Source: Octopus bimaculoides (taxonomy: Eukaryota). From it: a stretch of DNA of 64,000 bases. Of this stretch, positions 25,466 through 40,259 are shown in pieces (within the stretch, counting starts at the first letter, position 1; every line of letters starts with the position of its first letter). A program made the translations under genes and the position numbers. The notes under the pieces are model-generated. The model did no database searches, had not been told where the DNA came from, and saw only the letters and a program-made list of their open reading frames with translations. The stretch lies in the NCBI RefSeq assembly GCF_001194135.2, contig NC_068981.1, forward strand, positions 13,906,061 through 13,970,060. The letters are read 5' to 3'.

Positions 25466-27044
25466 TCTTCTTTTAAACTATATGGGAAGGAAACTTGAAG
25501 CTGAGGATAATGTAAGATTTATTTTCTTTTTTCATTCACAGGCTCTATAGTATTGTTATTTTGAAGAAAGTTAACTTCATTTTCATATTGTGTATACACT
25601 GGTGTGTTATAAAACATCTATTCCCCACAGGGGCAGTATTAATACGGAGAGGTAATATTTATCTCTACTTCATTGTGGATATTGTTTTAGAACAAATTGT
25701 CGTAGTTACCATGAGAGTGATTACCATCGTGTGATTTTCGACCTTATCCATGATAAACACTCGTCCGATAGAGATAGCAACGATTTATCTCCCCAGCAGC
25801 GATATATAGAATAACAGTGAATTTTGTTTTAAAATATCTATTAGCGACAGAAGCAGTATTAATACCGAAAGCCATTATTCATCCTCACTTAATCGTGGAT
25901 GTTCTGTTAGAACAAACTGTACTGCGGCAATTACCATGAGAAAAAAACTCATATTGGATTTTAGTGCAAAATGCGCTGTTGTTGATAACCATAAGAATAG
26001 GTAAACTTTCCTTATACAGATATACTGGAAAGTGTTATATCACTCGTTGGCTTATGTTTCATTTACGTGTTCACAGACGCGCGCATTTGGTCAGTCTTTA
26101 GCGCGCACACATATAAGACCAATTCGTAAAGTATCGACAGAGAAAACAGGGAGTAAAGTGGTAGGAAAGATAAAAGGATGGAAGTAAAAAGGAAAACATA
26201 TACCCCTACTGTTGACACTGGACATTCAAGACCGATAAATGAATTCTACCACTTATAAAACAAATATCAAATTTATGCATGGATCACAAAACCGTATATA
26301 AAATATATAGAAATGATAGAATGATCCTTCAAGCGAACATTCCTAAAACTCATTCCAATTCATTAGGCTGCTCAACATATTGCATAGATACACGGCATGT
26401 GTGAAGTTACATCCAGTTTCATTAAACGAAATGGCCTGCTCTTTATGTTTCTTCAATTACCACAGAGCCTTTTCCTAAACTCAAGAAATTGTTTAAATAC
26501 TCATACTCCAGTGAAGATGCATTCTGATATTCGAGTATAAGCTGCAGTGCCTCCAGTTCCGAACGACAGCTGCCATTCAGAACTAAACAGCTAGTCTCCC
26601 ACACTACACAGTACTAACATCAGGGCTGGATTAAGATTCACGGAGGGTCTAAGCGCTTAAAAAGTTTTGATACCCCCATATACATATCTAATAAGCATGC
26701 CTCAAATGTCACAAATATTCGAATGTAAAGGATATATTTGCTAAATTCTTACCCAATAATTACCTATTCTAAACTGAAAGTAGTTGTTTGATATATTAAA
26801 GAGTAAATGTATTCAATAAAATCGCCAGTGTCTTCAACCACGCCCTCCAGACGACTTCTGAATATTTCTTCTTGACGGTCTCCTTGTTTAAGTTGGGACA
26901 AAAATTGGCCCTTTCTTATCTTGTATATCAAATGTCTTCACACACTATCTGCCTCATGAGAAACTCAGACTCCCATTCCCTGGCGCTAGACCTGATTGAC
27001 TTGGAGGGATCATCCTCAATCATGGCCTGAATCTCACTAAAAAG

Positions 27045-27480
27045 TTAATAGTCATTCAAATCAGGAATTGGACAACATAGCCCACCAGAATAGAGAGAGT
27101 TATTGTTTACAGAGACATTCTCGGGTGTAGGAGGTTTATCCAGGAGTTTTTGAAAGAATTTGTTCAAAGACTTCTTGAACTTTATGGGGTCTGTCTCCGC
27201 TTTAATGTGTTTTGGTGCAATGTTAAAGAGAACGCGGCCAATTGAAGTGAAATAATTGTGCTGTATTGTTGTTATGTGAAGCGAGTATGATTTATGTTGT
27301 GGGCGGATAGCACAGGGCCTAAGTCTTGGGTATATCTCAAAGGCGATGTCATAAACATTTGGACAAGGCTGATGCAATATTTCCTACATCATGCAGCCGA
27401 TGTAGCACTCACAGTGGCGTTGGAGAGAATAAAGGTTGCGCTTTTCTAGTCGACCCGAATAGTCAAGGCCTGTCATGCCA
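27045..27480 (-). mobile_element. CR1/Crack-type LINE 3' end, degenerate
   Basis: Reads [23 protein letters not shown] (cf. LYSLQRRRERY) and HNYFTSIGRVLFNIAPKHIKAETDPIKFKKSLNKFFQKLLDKPPTP. Confidence 0.8.
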
Positions 27481-27629
27481 TATATATATATATATAAATA
27501 ATGTATATATAATGTATACATGTACATATTATATATGTGTATGTATGTATGTATATGTATACATATATATGTATACGTATACATATATATGTATGTATGT
27601 ATGGATACTTATACACATATATATGTATA

Positions 27630-27666
<37 letters not shown>

Positions 27667-30600
27667 GTATATATATAAGAAATGGACATCCACCATTATT
27701 CATCTGAATAACTGTTATATAGAATATCTTTCAGCGACTAATCATATGTATGTACCCGATAACCAAGGTGGAGCAACATGTGATTCCTATATATGTTCAG
27801 TTTTTTTATTATCATTATTTATTGTGTACTTTGAAAACACTATTGCATGTCAAATCCTTAATAAGTGTATATAGCAAACCGCGTTACCGTTTGTAGAAGT
27901 ACTGAGCAGCTTCTCGGTTCGCAATTGGTTCCACTTTTAAATAGAAGTGAAGTGAGTTGAACATATGCAGTTAACTTCATTGCTTAGTTTTTTGCAAATC
28001 ATCTCATATTTCTTGATTTCCCATACCGTTCTAGAATATTAGATGTTAAAAGATAGTGAAAAGAAATTAACATAATCAGATCCCCTCCCACTGTATGATT
28101 TCTAGGATCTATAACGCAAAGAACCGACAAAACTATTAATATCTGCTATGCCCTCGTAAAATACGAATAAAGATGTACTCTATGACATGTTGAAATCCAA
28201 TAATATTTCCATATTTGAAGCTATTCCTGATAGACTGAAAATAAATTATAAGGTATCTTCAGAAATAAGATAGTAGTAAGCTAAACATAATCTGTTGGAA
28301 ACATCAAATAACATATATATTGGGAAAAGAAACAGTAAAAGTGCATTGCGAATTAAGGAGGAGGCTCACAGTAAATATCTACGTGCAATAGACAGCCAAG
28401 AGTAAACTTAATTGAAGAGTGAATAAACAATTCAACAGTTTTCAATGCCCTGCTTGTAGATATTCTACTAAATTAATTAGAGTCTTCAAAGGTCTTCATC
28501 TGTATAGAGAAATTGCTGTCTTCAGTTAAATCGATATATAGAAAAAAAGGGTGAAATATCTGCTATAGATAAGAGTTTGCTGAATAACTGCATTAGGCAG
28601 TGGTGGTTATTTGACATTGCCCAGTTAAGCTTTCAGATTTTTTTTTTCTGAAAGCTTAATTGAAATTGTATATCTGCCCACTAGCTTAGAATATGCATGG
28701 TATATCTTAAATATAAGAAGAAAAAAAAGCGCGCAGATATCTAATAAAGATTCTGGTACAAATTAAATTAGCGAAAGAAAGAAATGATTCTACTGCTTTG
28801 GAAATTAGACATATTCACGGATATATATTTTAGCCACTAGCCCCAAATATATAAACATTTTCTGTTATCAGCTGGAGTTCTGTGGTCACAATATACTCCT
28901 CTATATGTTGGTGCACTGTAATTAGGAATACTAGTGGTACCCTATATTGATGCTTTCGAAATTAGACTATATTTGGGACTTTCTGGCATTTCAGCTTTGA
29001 TAGTTAATGCTTGCTATACTTTAATAATTATCAATATTAAAATTCATAATATATTACATTCAGTTTTTTAAAAAACTGATTAGGAAATCAGTTTATTCCC
29101 TAATAAAACTTGAGAGTACACCGCATTATATTATAGTAATTATCCTCTTCTCTGAGGTTTCTTCATGTTTGAGATTTATCAGTATCATCCCGGTAAAGTT
29201 TTCACCATTGATCTAACATATGCATGGTTGTCTCCCAACTTCTCTGGTATTTCTTTGGCAATACACATTGATTAAATATTTTGCTTTTATTTTTTCTAAG
29301 TGCTAAACTTTCCGGAAATTGATCTAAATGACTGTCGTGAAAACATATATCAGCGCTTATTTTTACTGCCAGGTTTATTCAAACTGGAGTTTAAATTGTT
29401 AGGAATGGGATGGAATATTTGGCAATAGAGATATTATAAATATACATGAAAGAATTTACATATAAATACAAGAAGTGAGATTAAAAGCAAATGAAATGGG
29501 GTATTTTACGAATGACAATAAAGGTACCAGTGTATTTATAAAGAGGTACAGAGATAAATCATTTGGTTAGACAGGGAAATATAAAAGAGATTTCATGAAT
29601 GAAGAGTAGCAAGTGTGAGTAGTAACATAAAAGAAAGAAGGGAGTAACTATTTCCTCTGTAAATAAAGTGAAGTCGTAAATATTTAAAATGTATATATGT
29701 ATTTAGAATACAATTATCCACACACTTATTTAATGTATATTTGTTTATATTTATGATCTTTTAGTATTTCGCCAACCATGAAATTTCGATAAAACGGTAA
29801 CATCAGTATAATGTCAGATAGCTTCTGGAGGTATAAAGCTGCTTCGTTCCGGTCGATAAAATAAGGTACAAGTGAAATACAGGGATCTCATTCGTCGAGT
29901 TTTACCTCGCATGAATATTGATGTTCTTGTGTTTATTTAAGTTAGAAATCATTATTAAAAGACAAGCAACTATGAACAGAATGAGTATAAACACCATTAA
30001 TTTCAAACAATATACATGATAAACAGTAATATAATGCAATGATACATCAATGATATCGTTTAAAAGGTATATTTATACATCTTTGTATGTAATGGATGTA
30101 AGTATTGATTTAAAGTGTTATTTGTACTTAGCAAAGTATAGGAAAGGAAAACAATTTAAAAAGTCATTTTGTCTTCTTCATAGAATCATAAAAATGGTTG
30201 CACTGTTTTTAAGATGACAGCTGACTACTAAACATCATTTTAGAAATAATATAGATTAGGAAAGATAGAAAAATAGAACAAGTCTAATAATGGACAAAGG
30301 AAACGAGTGTGCGAATTGTAGCACGGTTCCTTTCCGTATATATATATATATATATGTTATGAATTAAGGTATGTTCTGCTTTTAAACATTTCAACAAGAA
30401 ATCTATCAATGATATCTTGTGAAATAAGTTATTATATGTCATGCTGTTCAGCGTTTTGCAATTTCCTCATCTCCATATCATGTATATCAGTCGCCAACAC
30501 GAGAAATAATGCTAGTAATATATTTTGGTAACTAATATTCCAGGCGTATCAACACTTTTATCTCCTTTCAGAAATGATTGGCATTTAGGTTTGAGATTTG

Positions 30601-32155
30601 ATATATTACGTGTTAATGTCTGAATTGTCTATTACTTAAATATCCTCAGATGTATATTAATATTCCGTATCGATGAGGAAACGAAAATGCTCAGACATAG
30701 TGCTTTCAATATCATTTGTCGAATATGCCTTGAATAATCCATAAGACACTGTGTTTTGTGTCAGTAATTATGCCAAAGGATCTGCCCCTGTCGTAAATTG
30801 TTTCATTTGTACAAACACAAAATATATATGATTCATTCATGTCTGTGTTTCATATTAACTTAAAAATAAATGTTGACGTCAATATTAACTCTTTATTCTT
30901 GTTGTCTACATGTCATCTACAAGAAATAAATCTGGTATTTACAGACAGTTATATAACGCTACAAGAGTAAATGTAGAAGAATTAAATAACTACAAACTAG
31001 TAATGTTGGTATCTCTAATTAAAAACGTCATGCTATTCCGTGATAATTACTTAAAAGCTATGTACGTAATTAGAATTCTCACCAGACGAAATAAATTATA
31101 TTCTATTATTTTTTTAATTATTCATTTTTATCATCTAATATGTCTAAAACGTATTTTTTTCTGGTTCAATTTACTGACAATAACTAATATTAAATACATT
31201 TTCTGCTTGATGATATTGATGTTAATCAATGCAAAGCAATGATGACATTGTTTTAATAATTGTAATAATTCATGTTATTTATGAATAATAATTTCAAAGC
31301 TTTGGCAGGATATTACACACGCAGAGACACACACAAACATTTATATACTTTTAATATTTACAAGTGCAACCGCACTACAACCATGCATAAATTTATCAAA
31401 CATGCATAAATGACAACGTCAGTCATTTATATTTCAAATTGAAGTCGACACTCGTCAAAGAAAGTCTTCTTTCTCCTCCTATCTATAGTCTACAATGTCA
31501 AATAAATATATTTCATGACTGAAATAACCTATCAGATTAAATGCACATCTGTTCGACTTTTTATTCCCCTCTGTTCATTTCTATGTTACATTATGTGAAG
31601 TATTCTAAGTAAAATCTATTTCAATGTTATGCACAAATTATTTGTATCACACGCCATCAATAGGTAGAAAAGATATGTTCCTAGAAATAGGAAAAACTTG
31701 TAGCACAGACACTTGTCAAAGTTAATTAAGGCAAACAATATCATTATTGCTAAGAGTTTGTTTTGTATGAACAACTTCTCTGGCATTCATTTATAATGTA
31801 GCTTTTGAAGAAGTCACTCATCACGTAATTACTGTTGGTATCTATATGTAGCTTAGTCAACCTCATGAAGATGCTGATGATGATGATGATCACCAAATTG
31901 AATACCTGCCCTTTCATTTTGTGAATAAGAGGCTGTGTATTCCATAGGCCAGCGTAATTTCCAAACAGAATCAGTTTGACATCTTTAAAGGAGGACTGAC
32001 AATCTAGTCCTTAAACACGAAAATGGCAACATCGGTCGCTTTCACACTGTTCTCCATTAACCCGTTTTTGTTGACAAGGCTTTTTTTATGAACTCGCGTT
32101 TGGTATAAAAGACTTTTGCCCAAGAAAATAGTCACTGGGCTCGAACTCAGGGCAC

Positions 32156-32235
<80 letters not shown>

Positions 32236-32408
32236 CGGCCACAATTGATAGAAACAAATCAAATCGGTGTGTCACCATTACCTTATTCGATGACTTAAAA
32301 TAATAGAGGATCTAAAGAAATTAATACGCGCGTGCACAACCATATACGATAAATATTATATGAAAGATATATGGTACAATTAGATTCATACAGAGCAACA
32401 ATATCTAT

Positions 32409-32477
<69 letters not shown>

Positions 32478-33004
32478 ATGAGTTAAAACATATTATAAAT
32501 GCACAAACAAAAGGGAAAGAGACACAGATGATCGCCTTCTTTTCTCAAAATATTTAATACTCTTTCGACGTGGAAATATAAGGGGAAAGTCAGAAGAAAA
32601 ATAAGTGAAAATGTACGTTGGAAATCAAAACAGTAAAGGCTTTTTATGAAAAGTAACGATATATATATATATATATATACAATTAGATAAACTGAGGTAG
32701 TAATAACAGTAATAAAAGCCATTATTGTGAGTTGTTAAAGAGATTCAGAAGCATACCGGTTTCGTAATGTTACTAATCATTACTTTGAATGCACACCGAA
32801 TACTGAACGGTGTCAGGTCTACTAGTCCCTGAGTAAAAAGATTATGTGTACGGGATGTAAGTAGTTCTGGATTTGGTGCAATTAGGGTAGATCTAGATTT
32901 GTAATGTGAATGGTGTATGGAATGTATGGGGATTAGTGGTATTAAATAAAAGGTTTGTAGTGTTCTATATTATGTTATGTGATATACATTTTTTTTACGC
33001 CCTT

Positions 33005-33277
33005 TAGAGTCTAACCAGGCTCATGGGCCCGGTTTCGCGGTTTCTATGGCGTATGTGCCCCCCAGCTGGACGGGACGCCAGTCCATCGCAGCTTTACTCA
33101 AGAAAGAGGAAGAAAGAATGAGAGAATGTTGGGGAGAAAGAATACAACAGGGGTCGCCACCACCCCCTGCCGGAGCCTCGTGGAGCTTTAGGTGTCTTCG
33201 CTCAATAAACACACACAACGCCTGGTCTGGAAATCGAAACTTCAATCCTCCGACAGCGAGTCCGCTGCCCTAACCAT
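33005..33277 (-). mobile_element. SINE with family A head and a different 3' body
   Basis: Minus strand matches tggttagggcagcggactcgc…ccagacc…gtgtttattgagcgaa…gctccacgaggctccggcaggggg. Truncated by an N-gap. Confidence 0.8.
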
Positions 33278-34973
33278 ATNNNNNNNNNNNNNNNNNNNNN
33301 NNNNNNNNNNNNNNNNNNNNNNNNNNNNNNNNNNNNNNNNNNNNNNNNNNNNNNNNNNNNNNNNNNNNNNNNNNNNNNNNNNNNNNNNNNNNNNNNNNNN
33401 NNNNNNNNNNNNNNNNNNNNNNNNNNNNNNNNNNNNNNNNNNNNNNNNNNNNNNNNNNNNNNNNNNNNNNNNNNNNNNNNNNNNNNNNNNNNNNNNNNNN
33501 NNNNNNNNNNNNNNNNNNNNNNNNNNNNNNNNNNNNNNNNNNNNNNNNNNNNNNNNNNNNNNNNNNNNNNNNNNNNNNNNNNNNNNNNNNNNNNNNNNNN
33601 NNNNNNNNNNNNNNNNNNNNNNNNNNNNNNNNNNNNNNNNNNNNNNNNNNNNNNNNNNNNNNNNNNNNNNNNNNNNNNNNNNNNNNNNNNNNNNNNNNNN
33701 NNNNNNNNNNNNNNNNNNNNNNNNNNNNNNNNNNNNNNNNNNNNNNNNNNNNNNNNNNNNNNNNNNNNNNNNNNNNNNNNNNNNNNNNNNNNNNNNNNNN
33801 NNNNNNNNNNNNNNNNNNNNNNNNNNNNNNNNNNNNNNNNNNNNNNNNNNNNNNNATATATACATTTGGAGAAAAGAATTCGAAAGCTGAAATACACTAT
33901 TATAACGCTTCAATGTAGGAAGGCATATAACTAAAACTAATTAAAGCATTAGTGTTTCATGCACCTTTGCACTATTGTACTATCCATGATCAGCCCAGGG
34001 ACAAGTACAGGATATTCTAAATCCACAGTGACCAAATTATAATTTATCTATTTTGCTTAATGTGAAAAGGTAAATAGCCTATTCGTGTATGGAATTATAT
34101 TTCTAAAATCTACATACTTTAGCCAAGAGAAATATATATCGTGATATCAACATTTGTGTTTTCCACTCGTTGAGAAACCTATGAAAAATTTCAAGGAAAC
34201 AAATCACCGAATGACAAGATTATTTCAGTAGCTAATACGCATTATTCATAGTTTGCATGATAACAATTTGAAAACAAGGCTGTTTATATTACTTCAAATC
34301 CATATATAACTCATGTGTATAATAAAGATAATGTTTTTTTCGAAAATGTTGGAAAATAACTGACATACAGCATGATAAAATACAGATATAGGAGATAATA
34401 AGTATAAATCTTTAAAAATACGTTTCTGATAAAATATATATGACATATTTTTATTACAAGAACGTACATATTTGGCGTAAATTTACTTTGCTATTTACAG
34501 TCATCGATACATGTTCATGTTGTTCGGTTATTTGTCATTTTTCTGTCTATTTGACATTTATTGATAATTCTTGTATTATATTACCGTCGCGGTACTCCCA
34601 TGTGTAACTTTTTTATCTCTAGTAAAATACAGTATGCGGAATATTCTTAAATATAACCAATAATAATTTGGTAAATATATGCAGTTAAGTTTTATAATTC
34701 AGTCAAAATGACTCGTTCCTTTTCAATGTACCTTTTAAAGACAAGAATTTTAGATTACAAAATGCTCTCTTGGTTTTATTTTTATTGTATCATTGAAATA
34801 ATATAAAAACGCCAGATATTTCTTTATATTTTCAACCACTTCGCTCTGTCAAGTATATTCCTGTTTTGCCCTATTAATGGGTTTTTAAGGCTTTAGGTAG
34901 TCTCGTGTGTGTCATTCCTATATCATGAGATTTTTTTGTATTTCGTGCTATCACGATCATTACTAATTGTTAA

Positions 34974-35013
<40 letters not shown>

Positions 35014-35017
<4 letters not shown>

Positions 35018-36026
35018 GTCATCCCATAAATAATGCGGTGTTTTCAATTGAATGAACTAAAAGCCGGAGAGAGACGGAATAAATTACCTGCATCCACTTG
35101 CTATAATAGCAGGTAGTAAATTTTCCATGTAATTATTCTTAGTGCAAGTTTTGAAGAGTGCAGTTCGGTTTCAACAGTTATTTTTTCAAAGCTATATTGG
35201 AAGTAACAAAGCTGCGTATTCGTCATATTTTGCTTTATGAGTTCAATAAACGCAACAACGCAGCGGAAAGTACGAGGAATATTACAGCAGTACGAGGATC
35301 GGACAATAAGCTTAAGCCAGTGTTAACGGTAGTTCCAGAAATTGTGAGCCGGAAATTACAGCCTAAAAAATGAGCCTCGTTCTGGAAGATCTGTAGTTCT
35401 CTACGAGGACGTCCTACAAAGCCTGGTGGAACAAAATCCTATCGAAGGTGTTGAGGAACTAGTAGAGAACCTTGGATATGGTCATTCAACCATTCATCGA
35501 CACCTACGTCCCATCGGAAATTCAACAAATTGGATCAATGGGTTCCTCAAAAAATTCCCGAGTCTAATCGAACGCAGAGACTGAATGTGTGCTTTTCTTT
35601 GCTGTCAGGTCTCAAGAATAAACCTTTCTGGGACCGAACAATCACTGGTGACGTGAAATGAGTTCTCTATAAAAAGGTCAAGCGCTGAAGACAGTGGGTA
35701 GGGAATGGAAAAACACCGGCACCCCAAGCTAAAGAAGGTCTTCACCCACGTAACTTGATGTTATCTGTTTAGTGGGATATGAAAGGTTTAGCCCACTTTG
35801 AACTTTTAAACACAAACCAAGCGATAACAAAAGAGATCTACTGCGAGCACCTTGAGCGGCTTAACCCAGTGCTAGAAGAAAAACGACCACCTTTTGTTTC
35901 AAAACGAAAAGTGTTCTTCCCTCAGGATAATGCTCGGCCACATAGAGCATGGATAACAGTCCAACTGCTGGAACAGTTTGAATGGGAAACCATATTCACC
36001 GGACATTGCCCCATCTGACGACCTAA
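35014..36026 (+). mobile_element. mariner (Tc1/mariner, D,D34D type) element, inactive deletion derivative
   Basis: TA|ttgggtcatcccataaataatgcgg at the 5' end and gacgacctaa|TA at the 3' end. Broken transposase includes EVTKLRIRHILLYEFNK, WVPQK, TGD..*VLY, HPR..MLSV.WD, QDNARPH and YSPDIAPSD. Confidence 0.92.
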
Positions 36027-36209
36027 TATATATATATAAATAAATATAAATAAATATATATATATATATATANNNNNNNNNNNNNNNNNNNNNNNNNNNN
36101 NNNNNNNNNNNNNNNNNNNNNNNNNNNNNNNNNNNNNNNNNNNNNNNNNNNNNNNNNNNNNNNNNNNNNNNNNNNNNNNNNNNNNNNNNNNNNNNNNNNN
36201 NNNNATATA

Positions 36210-36670
36210 ATGGGACAAGAACGCAAACCATCCGGACAGTTGGGTGATACAAAAAATGGGACAACAAAACATCCAGATAGACGATACAAAGAAAACAAGG
36301 ACGGGTCATTCGAAGTTTTCTTTCCTCAGTCGAATACCAGATTATATTCGCAATTTTGGCTGATTATATTCGAGACTGCTCCAGTCTGGCTAGCCCCAAG
36401 GAAAAACTAAGCTAAGAGCATTAGATTCCTTGGAAGAAAGCAGCAAATATAAGGACGGAAAAAAACCCGACAATGTTGCACAAATACAATAAAAATAATA
36501 ACAGAACATAACAACAGGTGTCTTTCGACTAAGAACGAATTAAATTAAGCTGGCGTGTGTGGTAATAAAGCCTTACGGCAGTGATACAAGATTTCGCAAG
36601 CACAGGGAGGAATATCGATGTTGCACGGACAACGGCCCGCCAAGAAAGAAAGATCAGGCTTGGGGAGGAA
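36210..36670. repeat. Unclassified interspersed repeat
   Basis: GC-richer non-coding block that resembles a recurrent octopus repeat (recognition only); no motif allows classification. Confidence 0.4.
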
Positions 36671-39495
36671 GAGAGAGAGAAAGAGAAATTTATCCTTTAT
36701 GTTCCTTAGAAGCCTAGATTCAGTAGTCTTTTGTGACAGTTCGTAATATATTTCCATTCATACACTGGTACCATTTTACTGGGAACTATATTGCTAATTA
36801 AGAGGTCGCAAAGCGAATTATATCAAAATCGATTCCGGGATAATGATTTTATTTTTGTCATTGACCTCGAATACATATATATTAAAGTGAATCCCATCTT
36901 AATTTCGTCTCAGAATATAAAGTGGCATAACTATACTGTAGCTTATTTGCTCCAGTTTACTTACTGTTTATTCCACTACAATATCTCATCTATTATTAAT
37001 AATCCACACATTACATGTCTTAATCTATTCTCTGTTCCTCAAATTTAATATACGTTTCCTATTATTGATTATATGTATTGTCTTCTAGGTATTGTATTAT
37101 GTCTCCATTATATCCTTGTATCGCAATCTCGGAATAATTACCTATGAAATTATATCAGACAATAGAATGAAATCCGAGCTATATTGATTTTCGTCTCTTA
37201 TGTATCTACACATTCCATATACACGTAAGTAAAAATACAGGGAAATAAGATAATATTAATTCCTCACACTAGCAAAATACCCCGAATATTCATAACACGT
37301 CCGTTGATTTCAATGCTCATCTACATTAATGTTATTTACTCACAATTTCAAACATTTGATATTATTAGTTATTTCTGTTATTACTTCCTTCCAGAATTTA
37401 ATCCTCTTGATTACCGTGCTTTTATATACTAATTGCATGGATAATCGTAGATATTCAGGTCACTATACGTATGTCATCTCCTAATGTAGAATGGTGAAAC
37501 TGAAATATTTGAAGAAAAATTGGTGAAGAATGCAGGAGTAAGGAACGATTGAATGTATAACAAGATGCACTCCGTGGAAGCGGAGTGCATTTTGTAGCAT
37601 TCTTTGGAACCAGGTCATCGAATGGTCTACAAACAACTTATGTGTTCCTCCTTTTTCTCTTCTCTAGAGGCTGACTAAGCCACAAAATGATGTTTCACTT
37701 CTCTGTATTGTTTATTTGGTGATTAACTAGAAGTCATCTCTGAGAAATCAGGTATAGGAATTTGTCTGCAATTCTGGGATTTCTACTAATCGCAATATTT
37801 TATTCACTCACGGATATATGGGAGATAATAATGAATCTGACGGTATTTCCCCACCGACGGTAAACAGATTGTATATTATTTGCTACATTCCATCGACTTC
37901 TGCTAATCTATCACCCTTAACGTGTATGTGAGTTTGTGTAGATATATGTTTTTCGGTATTATAAGATTTGCTCCAGTTATCGATGATCTCAGAAGTATTT
38001 ACCAGCCTTCATTGATTAAGCTTCATTGTGAGGTCTCTTTTTGCTCCTACCTATTCTGCTAATAGCTATAAGGATAAAGATTTTTCTTCTGCTGGTTAAC
38101 ATATGGTACAAATGCAAGACATTTTAGTTACTATACCTATCCTGCAGGCGTTCAGCTTTGAAGCTTAACATTCGTAAACCTATTTCAAAGAGAATATTAA
38201 CTGTTATAAACTAACAGTTGTTCTTGACAGACTGAATTAATCGGATTTATATGTATGATTTCTTATGTAAACACAAAATCTTTCAACTGAAACTTCACAA
38301 CTGGTGACTTCAATTCATTTACATAATGCGAAATTACATATTTAATTAGAGCTACACATTTTGTCCTCCGTCGCATTTTAATCTATTGCTCTTTGGTAGC
38401 ATTTGTTTCCATCCTTTGAAAATTTACCTTCATGCTATTTTACCTGAAGTGTCTTTTGTCTATAAATTGATATATTGGCACCTGTTATCTCTAGAAATAG
38501 TTTGTATGCCTAATACTAAGTTTATAATCGCATTCTTTCTTATTACTTTAACCGAAGAGAAAACTATTCCTTATAATTATGCATAAAATGCATGGTTTTA
38601 ATGAACCAATTAAAAGAAGAATATATTAATATTCTACATTATATTATCAGTATGTGTCCAAGAGTTCTGTAGCATGTAAATAGTAAAAACTATAAGGTTG
38701 GAAGAGCAATTTTGGAAGTTCTCAATGTTAAACCAACACGAAAATAGACCTATTTTAACTGTGTAATAGATCGTATTTAACAATTCTACGTATATACTAA
38801 TGAATTGTTACTGTCACATATACAATATACAGCTTATTCACATTGTTTTGAATTAATCATGCATTATATTGAAGCTTCTAGGTTTTCATGCTGTGACTGT
38901 TTATTTTTAGAAAGACATTGTAGGGTAAGTATGAGAGGTTGGATCTTGTTGGAATGAACATAAGACAGTTTGAATGCTAAATGTTTAAAATTCCTACCAG
39001 GTATTTAGTAAGTCTCTTTTAAAGTAATACTTGTATTCAGATGAACAACACAACACGCTCTTACGATTCTTTTCTGATTTATAATATTCTCAGCGGCTTA
39101 TTATCATCTCAAGGTTAATTCTTGATAATACAGAAATGTTTTTTTTTTATTTCCTTTCATAGAAAAGCTAGCACTCTCCCTTTCTCTGTCTGTCTGTTTC
39201 TGTCTCTCCCTTCCTCTCTATATATGTACACACACAAATAGCATTTACATTTCTCAATCACCAGAACTATACATATTTAAAGCCTATTCTTTATAGAATT
39301 CACCTTGTCAGATATTAAAATGATTACTTCAAAGACAGGGAAAGGATATTTTCAATATTTGAATAAATGAATAAAAATATAACATTTTGTAATTTATAAT
39401 ATCCTTGGTGATATTATAGGAAATATGCCTTATTCATTCTTGCAGAACATTAAAATATTTTTAGAAATGTTCAATATAGTGAACAGAACTTTTCC

Positions 39496-39544
<49 letters not shown>

Positions 39545-40259
39545 CCTCCTTTCTTTCTTTCCTTCTTTCCTTCCTTCCTTCTTTCTTTCTGTTTAGCAAT
39601 ATTCAAATGGTTTCCTACAATTGTGGTAAAAATAATTAGAAATTGAGAAGAGAACCAGAGTAAATATGCTTGCCCGCTTTAGTCATTTATGATATCCTAT
39701 GCGTTGTAGATTTAGTATTGTTTTAATTACAGGAATCATTTCGAATTTCTTCCATTTCTAACATAATGGTAAGTTATTCTTTCTGAAGAGCATCACCCAT
39801 CAATAATATAAATCGTTTCTATTTCAGGATTTACTTTGATCCTAAAGCCAATAAAATTTAATAAGCGCCTCTAATTACTACTTTTTTTTCTTTAAAAAAC
39901 AAAATCAAGTGGACTTGCACGATATTGATTATCTAATGATAATTAGAAGCATTGATTCCAAACAACAATGCATATATAAACAATAGATTCAGAACAGAAT
40001 TACAATCAGTGTAGATTGTGAATCACGTGTCTGCATAAAATGTAGAATAATGATTTCCAGGGATAATGAAAATAAAATAAAATCTGAAGCTAATGCAACT
40101 AATTACGTTATGAATGTACTTAAAAAATATAAGGTCACAAAAATATTTCTCATTGAAAATTCAATTAGAAGTTGTGGAATATGTTTAATCTATCTACAAT
40201 AGTTAGATATTTAACTTGAAGATAAGTTCTATGCATTTAGAGTATTATTATTTAGTGTT

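Noticed and set aside
36300-36332. Minus-strand CUGAGGA-aag/ctt-GAAU motif
   Set aside because: The invariant A15.1 is missing and stem III is non-canonical.
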